DNA from: a virus
Reading direction: 5' to 3' (one strand)
Virus record (IMG/VR): IMGVR_UViG_3300049979_000188
Length of the DNA: 64,000 nucleotides
Part shown: piece after piece, positions 26,007 through 36,398 of the stretch
How positions within the stretch are numbered: position 1 is the first letter of the stretch
How the letters are laid out: the number at the start of each line of letters is the position of its first letter
Program-made: the position numbers and the translations under genes
Notes under the pieces: model-generated
Databases searched by the model: none
Seen by the model: the letters and a program-made list of their open reading frames with translations, nothing else
What the model was told of the DNA's origin: nothing

Positions 26007-27092
26007 ATGAACCAGTCTCCCCTGCACCAGGTAAAGGCCAGCATTTTTACGCCCAAGGGCGTACTTGCCACCGACAACTTCCCCTACGACGAGGCTACCT
26101 ACGGGGCCGTTGGCACGGACTCGGCCGAGTTGATTCAACTCTTCCACGCCCCGGCCGCTAACCCCATGCGCCAGTACCTGCACGTGGCCGTGCTCGACGG
26201 GGCCACGAAGGAAATACTGTCCGAGATTGGCGAGCTGCCGGCCGTAAAGCGTGACCGTGCCGGTAACATTAAGCCCGGCTACGGGCGTATTTCCCCCCAC
26301 TTGGTGGGCATGACCGATACGCCCGGCTTTAAGCGGAACCTCAGTGCCGAGGTACGCCGTCACACCCGTGACTTGACGGGCAAGGAGCTCAAGTACTTCC
26401 TGCAAGGGGTACTGATTAAGGGTACCTTCGACCGCGACCTTATGCAGCAGGTGATTGTGGACGCTATTCTCTACTATGCCCAGCCCGGCAAGGAAGTACT
26501 GGCCATTGAGGAAGGGGGCAAGCAAATGAGCTACTACCTGGGCATCAAGGCCAATAACATCTACGTGGACTACAAGCGTCACCAGAACGCCTACAAGCGC
26601 GGCAGTGGCAACGTGGTGAGCATCGACGCGCTGGCCGAGCGCGTAGAGGGGGCCACCGACGTGCTCGGTTTTCTGGCCGGGTCGGATTCAGCCGACATGC
26701 TCGACCTGGATGCACAGGTACTACGCCAGGCTATCTTCGGCGTGCTGGCTGATAAGCCCGACAAGCTGCGGCTTTTTGAGCTGCACCTGGAAGGGCTGAG
26801 CCCGGCGCAGATTACCGTGGCCCTGGGCTGGGGTGAGGCGGACGAGAACGGCAAGGTAGACAGCGGCCGCGCCCGCAAGTCGCTGCTGGATACACTCACC
26901 CTGCTTAAAAAGCGTCTACCGGCCCTGGCTGGGCAGCGTCCCCGGGCCAGCGCGCAGTGGGGCGAAGGTAGCGGCGAGAGTCGGGCCACGCGTCACCTGA
27001 GCAGCGCCGACTGCGAGATGGCCGCCCTGGCCCTGGAAGGGCCGGTGAGCTTCCGCGAGCGCAAACGCCTCAAAGTAGGGGCCGCCGTTTAA
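26007..27092 (+). CDS. ECF-like RNA polymerase sigma factor with N-terminal extension
   Basis: Region 2-like DRDLMQQVIV and YYLGIKANNIYVDYKRH; region 4-like LADKPDKLRLFELHLEGLSPAQITVALG...GRARKSLLDTLTLLKKRL. Confidence 0.8.
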   Translation: MNQSPLHQVKASIFTPKGVLATDNFPYDEATYGAVGTDSAELIQLFHAPAANPMRQYLHVAVLDGATKEILSEIGELPAVKRDRAGNIKPGYGRISPHLVGMTDTPGFKRNLSAEVRRHTRDLTGKELKYFLQGVLIKGTFDRDLMQQVIVDAILYYAQPGKEVLAIEEGGKQMSYYLGIKANNIYVDYKRHQNAYKRGSGNVVSIDALAERVEGATDVLGFLAGSDSADMLDLDAQVLRQAIFGVLADKPDKLRLFELHLEGLSPAQITVALGWGEADENGKVDSGRARKSLLDTLTLLKKRLPALAGQRPRASAQWGEGSGESRATRHLSSADCEMAALALEGPVSFRERKRLKVGAAV

Positions 27093-27216
27093 CTTACGAA
27101 AAACCCTGGCTCAAAAAAAGTCAGGGTTTTTTACGCCTCAGCGTAACCTTTCCTCCGGGCTGGGCGTAAAAGGACATGTAAGCGGCAACGGAGCGGCTTA
27201 CCTTACTCCTGCTGCA

Positions 27217-27555
27217 ATGGCTAAAGCTGCACAACCTAAATTTTTCACGCGTAGGGCGGCTGTCAACCCGGGCTTGCCTACTGCTAAACGCCACGTAGAC
27301 TACCTGGTTAAAGCCGCCACTCAGGCACGGGCACTGGCCTTACTGGAGCTGGTTAAAGTCCCTGGGCGCGGGCATAGTCTATATTATACCAACGCCCGTG
27401 AGTTTCGACTCTACTGGGTTACGCGCTCGACTGCGGAGGCCGATGCATCCATGCTTGAGTTGAGCTGTGATGCGCTCGAAGGTATCTGGTGGAAGCCGGA
27501 TATGGACCCGGACAGTGAGTATGTGTGCCTGTGGTATACTCCCATTACGGAATAA
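27217..27555 (+). CDS. Hypothetical cassette protein
   Basis: Own promoter and AACGGA leader. Confidence 0.8.
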   Translation: MAKAAQPKFFTRRAAVNPGLPTAKRHVDYLVKAATQARALALLELVKVPGRGHSLYYTNAREFRLYWVTRSTAEADASMLELSCDALEGIWWKPDMDPDSEYVCLWYTPITE

Positions 27556-27574
27556 ACATCCTTCGCTTACTCTT

Positions 27575-28093
27575 ATGCAAGACCCGAATTTTCAAACCCA
27601 CACACTGGCTGATAATAATCAAACCCTGGGCGCGCTGCGTAAGCTGCTCAATGAGCTAGCTGAGAAAGACCCATCCCTGGATGAGCTTAAGCTATGGCAA
27701 GGGACGGACTCGGGTGAGGGCTACCTGCGCCTGTGTACGGTTACGGTGGCCAACGCCCGCCACGTAGACTACGACGGCGACGATGCCGATGATGAAATGT
27801 TCTGCGTAGAGCCCGACGAGGAAGGACACCGGGAGGCTGATATGGGGCCTGGCTACGTACACCGAGAGCTTGACCGCCAGGGGAACCTTAACGGTTATAA
27901 GAACGTGCTGGTGCTCGGCGACCACCGCACCCCGCTTGACATTGCGCAGGCAATCACCAGCGAGCAGGAACGCCTGGCGAAACAAGCAGCTGAAAAAGAA
28001 GCGAAGGCCAAACGTGAGGCGCTTAAAAACGACCCCGAGTACCAACGCCTGCAAAAAGAGGCCAAGGAAGCACGTAAAAAATATGGTCTGTAA
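27575..28093 (+). CDS. Hypothetical protein, acidic centre and basic C-terminal helix
   Basis: Second cistron; start reset to MQDPNF. Confidence 0.75.
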   Translation: MQDPNFQTHTLADNNQTLGALRKLLNELAEKDPSLDELKLWQGTDSGEGYLRLCTVTVANARHVDYDGDDADDEMFCVEPDEEGHREADMGPGYVHRELDRQGNLNGYKNVLVLGDHRTPLDIAQAITSEQERLAKQAAEKEAKAKREALKNDPEYQRLQKEAKEARKKYGL

Positions 28094-28152
28094 GTGTAAC
28101 CTTTTCCCAGGGACCTGCGTAAAAGAACTCAGAAACCAACCTCCCCTTTCTC

Positions 28153-28545
28153 ATGGCCAAGCACCTGGAACCCGTCCCCTACGAATCGTTAATCGGCAAA
28201 CGCGTGCGCGTCTACCGCAACCTGCACAACTACGGCGGGGAGCACAAGGTCTTGTACTCGGTGCAGCACAAAGGGCTCGTGATTGCCCACGTACCGCAAA
28301 TTACCCTGGATGAGGTGAGCTTCTCAGTGCAGCCCGCTGGCCAGGCCAAGGTACGCCAAACCAAACGCAAGCAGGTCCACGCCTTTGTCAACGGAGTCGT
28401 GGCGGCACCCGGTCACGCCCTGGTGCGCAAGGTGAGCTACAACCCGTATCAGACCGATACCTTCGTGCTGGCCGGGCCGCTGGGCCAGGTGCCCGTGCTC
28501 GCGGCCGGGCGCATCAACATTACCCAGGTCGGGCTTTTTATTTAA
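28153..28545 (+). CDS. Conserved phage hypothetical protein
   Basis: Own promoter, AGAAACCAAC leader; RVRVYRNLH...KQVHAFVNG...SYNPY motif. Confidence 0.85.
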   Translation: MAKHLEPVPYESLIGKRVRVYRNLHNYGGEHKVLYSVQHKGLVIAHVPQITLDEVSFSVQPAGQAKVRQTKRKQVHAFVNGVVAAPGHALVRKVSYNPYQTDTFVLAGPLGQVPVLAAGRINITQVGLFI

Positions 28546-28636
28546 AAAAAGATTGCCCCGGCGTGTAACCTTACCGCCGGGGCCTGCGTAAAAGAACCAT
28601 CAACGGCAACGGAGCCGGGTCTCAGCTACTTTCTTC

Positions 28637-29536
28637 ATGTCTACTACCACGCAGCTTAAGCAGCTACAAGCTGAAATTGCGCTCTTACAAAATGTGCGTA
28701 ACTCGACTGAATACGTAGCATTAGAAGCAGAAATCCAGCAGCTACAAGGCCGCCTAAGGCAGGCAAAGCAGAATTACCAGGCAAGCGTAGCCGATGAAAT
28801 TGCGGCCAAGGAATCGGACATTAAGGCCCTTAAGATGCAGCAGCTTCGGGAAACCAATCCGGCTTTCCAATACTCCATACCGCTATTAAGTTGGTTTAAC
28901 CGGTGGGGACGTGGCATAGATTGGGGTCAGGGTGGGGTTCGCCTGCGCTGGGTATCCCCGAATCAAAACTGGGTGATTATCACCGCAGGTGGCGGTACGG
29001 CTGGACAAGGCACCCCAATGGGTACGGGTGCCTACTACTATGCGGCGGCGACGCACTATCTTTACCGGGTAGTAGATGGAGCTACGCACATGAACTCCAC
29101 GTCCAAATATCAGTTTTCCTTTGAGGGGCGGTTACTCAAGGCTACGAAAGAGGAATGGATAGCCTTTGCCCTCATCCAGGACGAGGGTTGCCCCTTCACG
29201 GAGAACCTGGACCGTTCAACACATGGCGGCTACCGGGTTGGAGACTACGTCTTTAACGAGATGCGTAGAACCTACGGTTTCATTTGGGAGCTGAATAACT
29301 ACCAACATAAGCCCACGGTTAGCTTCCGCGATGACCCATATTATAACCGTCCTATCGGCTACCCACTGGAACGAGTTGAAACGGTCCTACGCCTGGCTAA
29401 GCGCGTAGAGGAAATGGACTATCAAGGGATGTTTGACCTCGTCTCACCCGATGACAACCCGGCTAACCAGGCGCTGCGAGAAGTCCCCCCGACCTCTCCC
29501 CTACCCGACAAGAGCCTGGAAGGGTTTTTACTATAA
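28637..29536 (+). CDS. Hypothetical cassette protein with N-terminal coiled coil
   Basis: Own promoter and AACGGA leader; AT-richer codons. Confidence 0.85.
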   Translation: MSTTTQLKQLQAEIALLQNVRNSTEYVALEAEIQQLQGRLRQAKQNYQASVADEIAAKESDIKALKMQQLRETNPAFQYSIPLLSWFNRWGRGIDWGQGGVRLRWVSPNQNWVIITAGGGTAGQGTPMGTGAYYYAAATHYLYRVVDGATHMNSTSKYQFSFEGRLLKATKEEWIAFALIQDEGCPFTENLDRSTHGGYRVGDYVFNEMRRTYGFIWELNNYQHKPTVSFRDDPYYNRPIGYPLERVETVLRLAKRVEEMDYQGMFDLVSPDDNPANQALREVPPTSPLPDKSLEGFLL

Positions 29537-29634
29537 GGAGCAAAAGAATTTTTATTTTTACGTAACCTTTCCCGCCAGCCCGGCGTAAAAGGACCAGCAA
29601 CGGCAACGGAGCCGGGGCTTAACCAACCAGTATC

Positions 29635-30423
29635 ATGCGTACGATTGAAGAGGCAATTGCCAACCTGCTAAAAGAGAATACGGGTAGCCCAATGGGTGAC
29701 CATGCTGGCTACGCGGGCGGGCGACACTGGGAGAAAAACCAGGGTCGTAACTTTGCCTCGCAGCCCAGCTTTGTGGTGGAGGGCTACACCCGTGGGGAAA
29801 CGGACGAGGCAGGCTGGGCACCCATTCAAAACAGTGACCTGGGCTTTACCATCAATGTCTATCACTACTTGGTTAGCCGGCTGCGGGTGACTTCGGAAAG
29901 TGAAAACGAAAATGCCCTGCTGCAAACCCTGCTGCAAGCGGACCCCGACGACTTGTACGAAATCGGCTACATGCAGCAGTTTGCCACCAGCCGCAACACG
30001 GATACGGATAACTACTGCATCTGGCTGAGCCCGCTCAACACCTACAACGGCGAGTGCCTGCTGAGCCAGACGCTGCAATTCAGCATCTACGACCACGAGG
30101 GCACCAGCTTTATCGTGCTACAAATCCACGGCGGGGCCGACGTGCGCGGTGGCTATACCACGCCCCAGGTATTCGAGATTGCCAATGACGAGCGCGATGG
30201 GTTCGTGACGGGCTATATCGGCGTAGACGCTACGGCTCAGGTAGACGGCGAAACCGTACGCTGGAACTCGGAGAGCGGCTACGGCGGCTCGTTTAGGGCC
30301 GTAGACGACTCGGACGACGTGGAGGTACCCGAACTGGAACTTGAATGGCACGCCGAAACCAACACCTTCCGCCTGGCCCAAACCCACGAGGCCGTAAGCT
30401 TCTACCCCGAGTATAGCCTCTAA
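29635..30423 (+). CDS. Hypothetical acidic cassette protein
   Basis: Own promoter and AACGGA leader; LQIHGGADVRGGYT motif. Confidence 0.85.
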   Translation: MRTIEEAIANLLKENTGSPMGDHAGYAGGRHWEKNQGRNFASQPSFVVEGYTRGETDEAGWAPIQNSDLGFTINVYHYLVSRLRVTSESENENALLQTLLQADPDDLYEIGYMQQFATSRNTDTDNYCIWLSPLNTYNGECLLSQTLQFSIYDHEGTSFIVLQIHGGADVRGGYTTPQVFEIANDERDGFVTGYIGVDATAQVDGETVRWNSESGYGGSFRAVDDSDDVEVPELELEWHAETNTFRLAQTHEAVSFYPEYSL

Positions 30424-30549
30424 GCTACTAAAAAACCCTGACCCTAAAAAAGTCAGGGTTTTTTTCTATGAAGATGTAACCTTTCCCAGGGCTCTGCGTA
30501 AAAGGACATGTAAGCAGCAACGGAGCTGCTCACGCTAAAGACCCTTACC

Positions 30550-31077
30550 ATGTCTCACATCATTCGCTACCGCATTAGCCCGGCCCACTTGCTAGCTGAA
30601 CAAGCTTATAGCGCCACCTACCAAGGCAGACAACATGAACTGGCTACTGAAGTAAACCCGGCTTACCCACTGCTGGCTATTGGCTCGGGGGATACACCCG
30701 AGGATGCATACCAGTCGGCAGTTGGCCAAATCGACGGCATGGAGGATGCCCAAGGCGAGCATTTTGCTTATTCAAAACTACCCAAAGCTGGGCCTAAACG
30801 TATCGTAGGTAAAAACGAACTGCTGTCTCCCGAAGAAGCCGTAGCAACGCAATATTTTGTCTTGATTCGTTTCGCCTTGAGTGGGGGTGACGAAACGGAA
30901 AAGTCATATACGGTTAAGGTGCGCTTGACTGGGGGTCGTTGGAGCCGGTTTGCCTGGCGCATTGCTAAAGAAAAGGTAGAGGATGCGCTGGCGCATTTAC
31001 GTAAGACGCTCGGACCCCACGAGACGAAGGTGCTCGAAATAAAAGGCCCCGTGCTTGAACGTCCTACGTGGTACTAA
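30550..31077 (+). CDS. Hypothetical cassette protein
   Basis: Own promoter and AACGGA leader. Confidence 0.85.
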   Translation: MSHIIRYRISPAHLLAEQAYSATYQGRQHELATEVNPAYPLLAIGSGDTPEDAYQSAVGQIDGMEDAQGEHFAYSKLPKAGPKRIVGKNELLSPEEAVATQYFVLIRFALSGGDETEKSYTVKVRLTGGRWSRFAWRIAKEKVEDALAHLRKTLGPHETKVLEIKGPVLERPTWY

Positions 31078-31168
31078 TTTTTTTCACTTGAAACGTAACC
31101 TTTCTCCCAGCTCCGCGTAAAAGGACATGTAAAGCGCAACGGAGCACTTTACGCTAACGACCCCTACC

Positions 31169-31933
31169 ATGAAAAGCATTGAGAAGTACAAGTTCAGTGG
31201 CCTGACCATCAAAATCAAACAGGACACGGACCCCAGCAACCCGCGCAAAGAGTTTGACAACGTGGGCACACTGGTATGCTGGCACCGCAATTATGAGCTG
31301 GGCGACGAGCCCGAGTTTGGTGGGGGCCGCCGGGGTTTGCCGAGCCTGGACGCGGGTGAGTACCGCCTGGCGATGGCCGAAGTATACGACCCCGGCATTA
31401 GCGACTGGACGGATACGGCCATGAGCCGGTTGTGGGATAAAGCCCAGGCCGCTTCGAGCAGCAGCATTGGCGTGCTCACCGATGCCGAAATGCGGGCATA
31501 CGAGCTAGCGGAGTTGGAACTGCGCCAGCGGGTAGGGGAGCGGGTGCAGCGCGTACTGGATACGCACTACATCGTGCTGCCGGTCTACCTCTACGACCAT
31601 TCCGGCCTGGCCATGCGGGTAGCTGACTTTGGGGACCGTTGGGACTCGGGCCAGGTGGGCTTTATCTACTGCACCCGTGAGAAGGCCCTGCGCGAATGGG
31701 GCAACGGCGGGCTGGTGCTGAGTAAGAAACGCCGCCAGCAAGCCGTTACCTACCTGACGGGGGAAATCGAGACGTACCACGAGTACCTCAGCGGGCAGGT
31801 ATACGGCTACGAAATCAAGCGCAAGGGCGAAGGCGTGATTGACTCGTGCTGGGGCTTCTACGGCGGGGTAGACTACGTGAAAACCGAAGCCGAAGCAGCG
31901 GCTGCCTGCCTGGTAGAAACCGTTGAAGCATAA
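31169..31933 (+). CDS. Conserved phage hypothetical protein
   Basis: Own promoter and leader; LPVYLYDHSG, WDSGQVGFIY, YLSGQVYGY, DSCWGFYG. Confidence 0.85.
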   Translation: MKSIEKYKFSGLTIKIKQDTDPSNPRKEFDNVGTLVCWHRNYELGDEPEFGGGRRGLPSLDAGEYRLAMAEVYDPGISDWTDTAMSRLWDKAQAASSSSIGVLTDAEMRAYELAELELRQRVGERVQRVLDTHYIVLPVYLYDHSGLAMRVADFGDRWDSGQVGFIYCTREKALREWGNGGLVLSKKRRQQAVTYLTGEIETYHEYLSGQVYGYEIKRKGEGVIDSCWGFYGGVDYVKTEAEAAAACLVETVEA

Positions 31934-32039
31934 GGGCAATGGACCCCGCCCTAACCAGCGGGGTCTTTTTTTTGTTATTTTGTAACCTTTTCCCAGGGCT
32001 CGCCGTAAAAGGACTATCAACCAACTACTCACCCCTACC

Positions 32040-32498
32040 ATGCAAGTAACTACCACCGCCACACTGTGTGTCTTTCGTGATGCCCGAGGTAACGTGCAGA
32101 CCCGTGTACTAGCTGACTTCTACGACAACATCTGCCTAGATGGCTACGATGCCCAAGGTGTCCGCCAGTCGTATGACGACGAGGCCCGCCACATTGGGGA
32201 ATGGCTTGAAAAGCACCCCAGCCTGAACTACAAGAGCCAGGAGATAGCCGTTGTGGCCGACGTGAAGCTGCCCCGTCGGTTTGCCGATGGGGCCCTGGTG
32301 CAGCACCACGGGCTGGACGTGACGGTGATAAACTACCAAGAGGAAGCGGAGCAGTACGTGGTGGAAGTACCCGCTTATGAGGTATTCGATTTTACGGTAA
32401 AACTCAAGAACGGTCAGCCGCGCCCGGTACTGCGCGTGGAGCCAGCCAGTCAATACAAAGCACCCGAGGCCGAGCTTAACTACCCTGAAAAATACTAG
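32040..32498 (+). CDS. Hypothetical cassette protein
   Basis: Own promoter, ATCAACCAAC leader. Confidence 0.85.
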   Translation: MQVTTTATLCVFRDARGNVQTRVLADFYDNICLDGYDAQGVRQSYDDEARHIGEWLEKHPSLNYKSQEIAVVADVKLPRRFADGALVQHHGLDVTVINYQEEAEQYVVEVPAYEVFDFTVKLKNGQPRPVLRVEPASQYKAPEAELNYPEKY

Positions 32499-32590
32499 TA
32501 AAATTACGGCGAGCCTTGTAACCTTTCCCCAGGGCTCGCCGTAAAAGGACTATCAACGGCAACGGAGCCGCTTAACTAACCCCCGCTAGT

Positions 32591-33415
32591 ATGTACACCA
32601 TCCAGCAACTCACCCTCGACCAGCAAAGCCAGGCCGGTGGGCGTCAAGTACGCGTCACCTTTGCCAACGGCCAGACCTATACCGTAGCCGATGCGGGCGG
32701 GGACTACTGCTTCCAGAACCTAGCGTACTCGCTCACGGCCGAGACGCTCAACGAGAACACGGCCTTGCGCGAGGCCCTTACGGCCGTGGGTGAGTTTTAC
32801 CGCTTCTGGCTCAGCGGCAACGAGGACCCGATGGTGCTCATGCTGCGCAAGGATACCCCGGTGCTGCACGAGCTCTACGAAAGCGAGGAAACGAATAACA
32901 CGCCGGAGCAAGCGGCGGACCCTGCGCCTGGCAAAGACTATCCGTACGCCCTGGCTTGTTCTATCTTCACCACGCATAAAGACCCTGATTTGGTGGAGCG
33001 GGCACTCATTTACGAAGATGATGCGGTAGCCTTATTACGCGCAATCCGCCAGGCCGGGCTCTCGGATGCGCTTCCCGTCATCCTTGGCACGGGGGCTGAG
33101 TCGATTGAGCTAAGCATGAATGAGAAAGGGTTCTACTTCCTGACCCAAGTAGATACTACGCCTGATTCGGAGGACAAGCTTTACGCCGATGTACGGCGCT
33201 TTTGGCTGCGCCGCAAGACCGAGCCCGTGCAAGACGTGATAACGCTGGAAATTGGCGAATTTGCCGCCCTGGTGAACCGCATTAGCAAACTACGTGGCAC
33301 ACGCTCGTATCACCCCGGTGAAGATATTGAGCTTCCCATTGCGGGCGTCTTCCTAGTCAAGCGCGAGCACGCGGTAAACACCAAGCCCAAGCTCTACCGC
33401 ACCGGCTTGATTTAA
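32591..33415 (+). CDS. Hypothetical cassette protein
   Basis: Own promoter and AACGGA leader. Confidence 0.85.
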   Translation: MYTIQQLTLDQQSQAGGRQVRVTFANGQTYTVADAGGDYCFQNLAYSLTAETLNENTALREALTAVGEFYRFWLSGNEDPMVLMLRKDTPVLHELYESEETNNTPEQAADPAPGKDYPYALACSIFTTHKDPDLVERALIYEDDAVALLRAIRQAGLSDALPVILGTGAESIELSMNEKGFYFLTQVDTTPDSEDKLYADVRRFWLRRKTEPVQDVITLEIGEFAALVNRISKLRGTRSYHPGEDIELPIAGVFLVKREHAVNTKPKLYRTGLI

Positions 33416-33539
33416 GTAGTGAAACCCTGACTCCTAAAAAAAGTCAGGGTTTTTTTCTGTAAAGTTGTAACCTTCTCCCCGAGCCTGTCGTAAAAGGACA
33501 TGTAAAGCGCAACGGAGCACTTTACTAACCCTAAGCGGT

Positions 33540-34049
33540 ATGTTTAACGTTAGAACCACCACCCTGGCCAAGCGCACCCGTAATGTACTGGCCCACCTGC
33601 CGGGCTACCAGCGCCGCCAGCGCTTCGACATTACGCTGGACCTGCACCAAATCGGTGAGCAGTCCCCCTACTTCTCGGCCACGGTGAGCGGCCGCTCCTT
33701 CGGGGGCTGCAACCACGAGCTCATCCTCCGGCACTGGCCCCAGGCTAAATGCATCGTGGACCTGCACTTGTGCGACATGGACGGGGCACCCATGCACACG
33801 GAGGCCAACGCCCTCTACCACGCCCAGGCCTACCTCCACCAGCAAAAGGCCCATTACCCAGCCGCCAAGGGGCTCGACTACCTGGCTTCGCACCTACGCA
33901 TCAGCCAGGACCAGGCCCTGGACCTACTGGCTGACCTGGTAGACAAAACCCCCGACGTGCAGGCCCTGCTCATGAAGGCCTTTTGCGACCAGCAGCGCCC
34001 CCGCTGGCAGCAGGAGGCTGACCAGGCCCTGGCCTTCCTCAACGCCTAA
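33540..34049 (+). CDS. Conserved phage hypothetical protein
   Basis: Own promoter and leader; GGCNHE...LHLCDMDGAPMH...NALYH motif. Confidence 0.85.
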   Translation: MFNVRTTTLAKRTRNVLAHLPGYQRRQRFDITLDLHQIGEQSPYFSATVSGRSFGGCNHELILRHWPQAKCIVDLHLCDMDGAPMHTEANALYHAQAYLHQQKAHYPAAKGLDYLASHLRISQDQALDLLADLVDKTPDVQALLMKAFCDQQRPRWQQEADQALAFLNA

Positions 34050-34150
34050 ATCAAGTGCCCAGGCGTAAAAAACCTGGGCTTTTTTTCCCAAAAACCCTAA
34101 CCTTTTCGCCGAGACGGGCGTAAAAGGACTCAGAAACCAACCACACCCCC

Positions 34151-34564
34151 ATGTCAACGCTCACTTCCCTGGCCCCGGCGGCGGCCCTGCCGCAACCGCC
34201 GCTTACCGACCACGCCTTTGCCACGCCCCACGGGCAGCTGCTGCGCGCGCTGCGTCCCTTTCTGCGCCGCACGAGTCTGCCCTTGCTCGGGGCGGCCCAG
34301 CACCTGGCCCGGCCCTTAACTGCCCAGGTGCTCATGCCCGGCCAGGTGGGCATTTCGCTCGACGGTCGGCGCGTAAGCTTGCCCATTGGCACCCAGCTGC
34401 TGGCCACCAGCATCGCCCCCACGACGGGCTACACCCGCGTCGTAGCCACGGAGCCAGCTAGCACCCGGCCCCTGTTTGTGAGCGCCGACGTGTTGCAAGC
34501 CTCGTACGACGAGGAAGGGGCCAGCCTGCTGGAACAAGTACTCACCCGTTTACCCATCTGCTAG
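34151..34564 (+). CDS. Hypothetical cassette protein
   Basis: Own promoter (CTAAC variant), AGAAACCAAC leader. Confidence 0.8.
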   Translation: MSTLTSLAPAAALPQPPLTDHAFATPHGQLLRALRPFLRRTSLPLLGAAQHLARPLTAQVLMPGQVGISLDGRRVSLPIGTQLLATSIAPTTGYTRVVATEPASTRPLFVSADVLQASYDEEGASLLEQVLTRLPIC

Positions 34565-34567
34565 GTT

Positions 34568-34945
34568 ATGGCTACTACTGCAAGCACGCTCGTCCGCCTG
34601 CGTACGCTGGCTGAGCTCGTCGAGGACCAGCTCGCCTTCACCCCCAACACCCGGCTCGACTACTACCACCAGGCCCCGCAGCTACGGGTCTACTACGGGG
34701 TTACCCCCGTGGTCACGCTGCGCGCCGATGGCCAGCTAACCGTGACCAACGGCGGCGACTTTAGTACTGACTGCCGCGACTTCATCAACGAGCTGCTCAC
34801 CCTGCTGGGGCGGCCCGAGCGTTTCCAGGACGGACGCGAACGCGGCTGGCCTATCCTCCACGGCCCGCACCAGGGTCCGTGCGCGCTGAGCATCAGCCGC
34901 CAGGGGCAGCTGCAAATCAAGCACACCTGGCCGGCCTTAAGTTAA
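34568..34945 (+). CDS. Hypothetical protein
   Basis: Second cistron, 3 nt after the previous stop. Confidence 0.75.
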   Translation: MATTASTLVRLRTLAELVEDQLAFTPNTRLDYYHQAPQLRVYYGVTPVVTLRADGQLTVTNGGDFSTDCRDFINELLTLLGRPERFQDGRERGWPILHGPHQGPCALSISRQGQLQIKHTWPALS

Positions 34946-35040
34946 CCCAAAAAAGTTTGCCTACTACCGTAACCCTTTCTAAGGGCTCGGCGTAAAAGGA
35001 CCAGTAACGGCAACGGAGCCGCTACTAAAAACCAACCAGT

Positions 35041-35631
35041 ATGAACCACGAAGTAAATGAAGCCGCCAAGCGTATCATCGGCAACGAGGTATTTTTGAAC
35101 CTGACCGGCATGGTCTCGGCCCTGCTCGGGGATGGCCAGGAGCAAATCGACGTCTATGAGTTCGCCAACTACCGCCTGGACCCCGACAAGCTCACGCTGA
35201 GCAAAATGAAGGAACTGCTCGACGAGCAGGCGGAGAGCGGCTACGCCCGGGGCTTCGACTTCAACCCCTGGGTCATGAACCAGGACGAGCTGCGCGCCTG
35301 GGTCGAGGCGGAGGTGGGTGAAGTAGCGCTTGACGAAACCAAGGAGGCCCTGCTGGCAGCGGTAGTGGCCGAAATGGACCAGTTTGGTGATAACTACGAA
35401 AACGAGCTCCAAGGCTGGAAAAACGCCGTGAGTGAGTTGCCCGATGCCGAGGTCTATGAGTGGTGGGCCGTCTCGTCGTTCCTGGCCCGTGAGCTCGAAG
35501 AGGCAGGCGAAGTAGTCGGCGAGGCCTTCGGGGTCTTCCTCTTCGGCCGCCAGGGCACAGGCCAGGCCCTGTACCTGGATTCGACCTTCCAGGAGCTCGG
35601 CAAGGCCCGCGTAGGTGCCCAAAACGCATAA
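35041..35631 (+). CDS. Conserved acidic phage hypothetical protein
   Basis: Own promoter and leader; EVYEWWAVS...FGRQGTGQA motif. Confidence 0.85.
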   Translation: MNHEVNEAAKRIIGNEVFLNLTGMVSALLGDGQEQIDVYEFANYRLDPDKLTLSKMKELLDEQAESGYARGFDFNPWVMNQDELRAWVEAEVGEVALDETKEALLAAVVAEMDQFGDNYENELQGWKNAVSELPDAEVYEWWAVSSFLARELEEAGEVVGEAFGVFLFGRQGTGQALYLDSTFQELGKARVGAQNA

Positions 35632-35655
35632 TTCACCCGCTTTTCCCTTTACTAC

Positions 35656-35706
35656 ATGAAGTTCGCCCGAATCCGCGCTACCCGCACTACCAAGATTAAA
35701 CGCTAA
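35656..35706 (+). CDS. 16-aa basic micropeptide MKFARIRATRTTKIKR
   Basis: Hand-translated; pyrimidine-rich leader, followed by a family terminator; paralog at 37850. Confidence 0.65.
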   Translation: MKFARIRATRTTKIKR

Positions 35707-35830
35707 GCATTCCAGACCCTGACTCGTAAAAAAGTCAGGGTTTTTTTTGTGTTTGAACGTAACCTTTTTACGATACCTGCGTAAAAGGACGTGTGCTGCG
35801 CAACGGAGCCCAGCCAGTAACTTACGCGCC

Positions 35831-36307
35831 GTGGATATTTTTCAGACCATTACCCCCGAGCGGGGCATCGTCAACCACACCCGGTTTGGTGGGCAGTTGC
35901 AAGCCTACTGCCAACTCGATAAAATGGTAGAAGTTTTACCTGAGTACGGCTTTATGGACGGGGGCTGCCTTTCCTTGGCCCTGGCCTTACAAGCGCTCAT
36001 CCCCGGGAGCCAGATTTGCTTTGTCTGCACCCTGGCCATGCCGCAGCACGCAGTTTTGCGTTTACCGGCTCCCTTGCATCGGGAGGCCCTTTACCTGGAT
36101 GCTGACGGCCTGGCCAACGGTCCGGAGCTCTGCGAGAAAATGCGCACCGTGGAAAACCTGCGCGGCCGCGTATTCGTGGCCGAGCTCGACTGGCGCGAGG
36201 TTATTCCCAGCGGCATCTGCGACGGGGATAACGCCTCGGTAAAGCTACGGGAGGTGCTGCGCCCGCTGCTTACCCGCAACCCCTGTTCCCCGGCCTGGCT
36301 CGCCTAA
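35831..36307 (+). CDS. Hypothetical cassette protein
   Basis: GTG start 23 nt after the AACGGA loop. Confidence 0.75.
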   Translation: MDIFQTITPERGIVNHTRFGGQLQAYCQLDKMVEVLPEYGFMDGGCLSLALALQALIPGSQICFVCTLAMPQHAVLRLPAPLHREALYLDADGLANGPELCEKMRTVENLRGRVFVAELDWREVIPSGICDGDNASVKLREVLRPLLTRNPCSPAWLA

Positions 36308-36398
36308 TTTTTTTTCGTAAGAACGTAACCTTTTCCCCAAGTCCGGCGTAAAAAGACGCATACCAGGCAACGGAGCCTGATTACTAACTTCACCTAAC

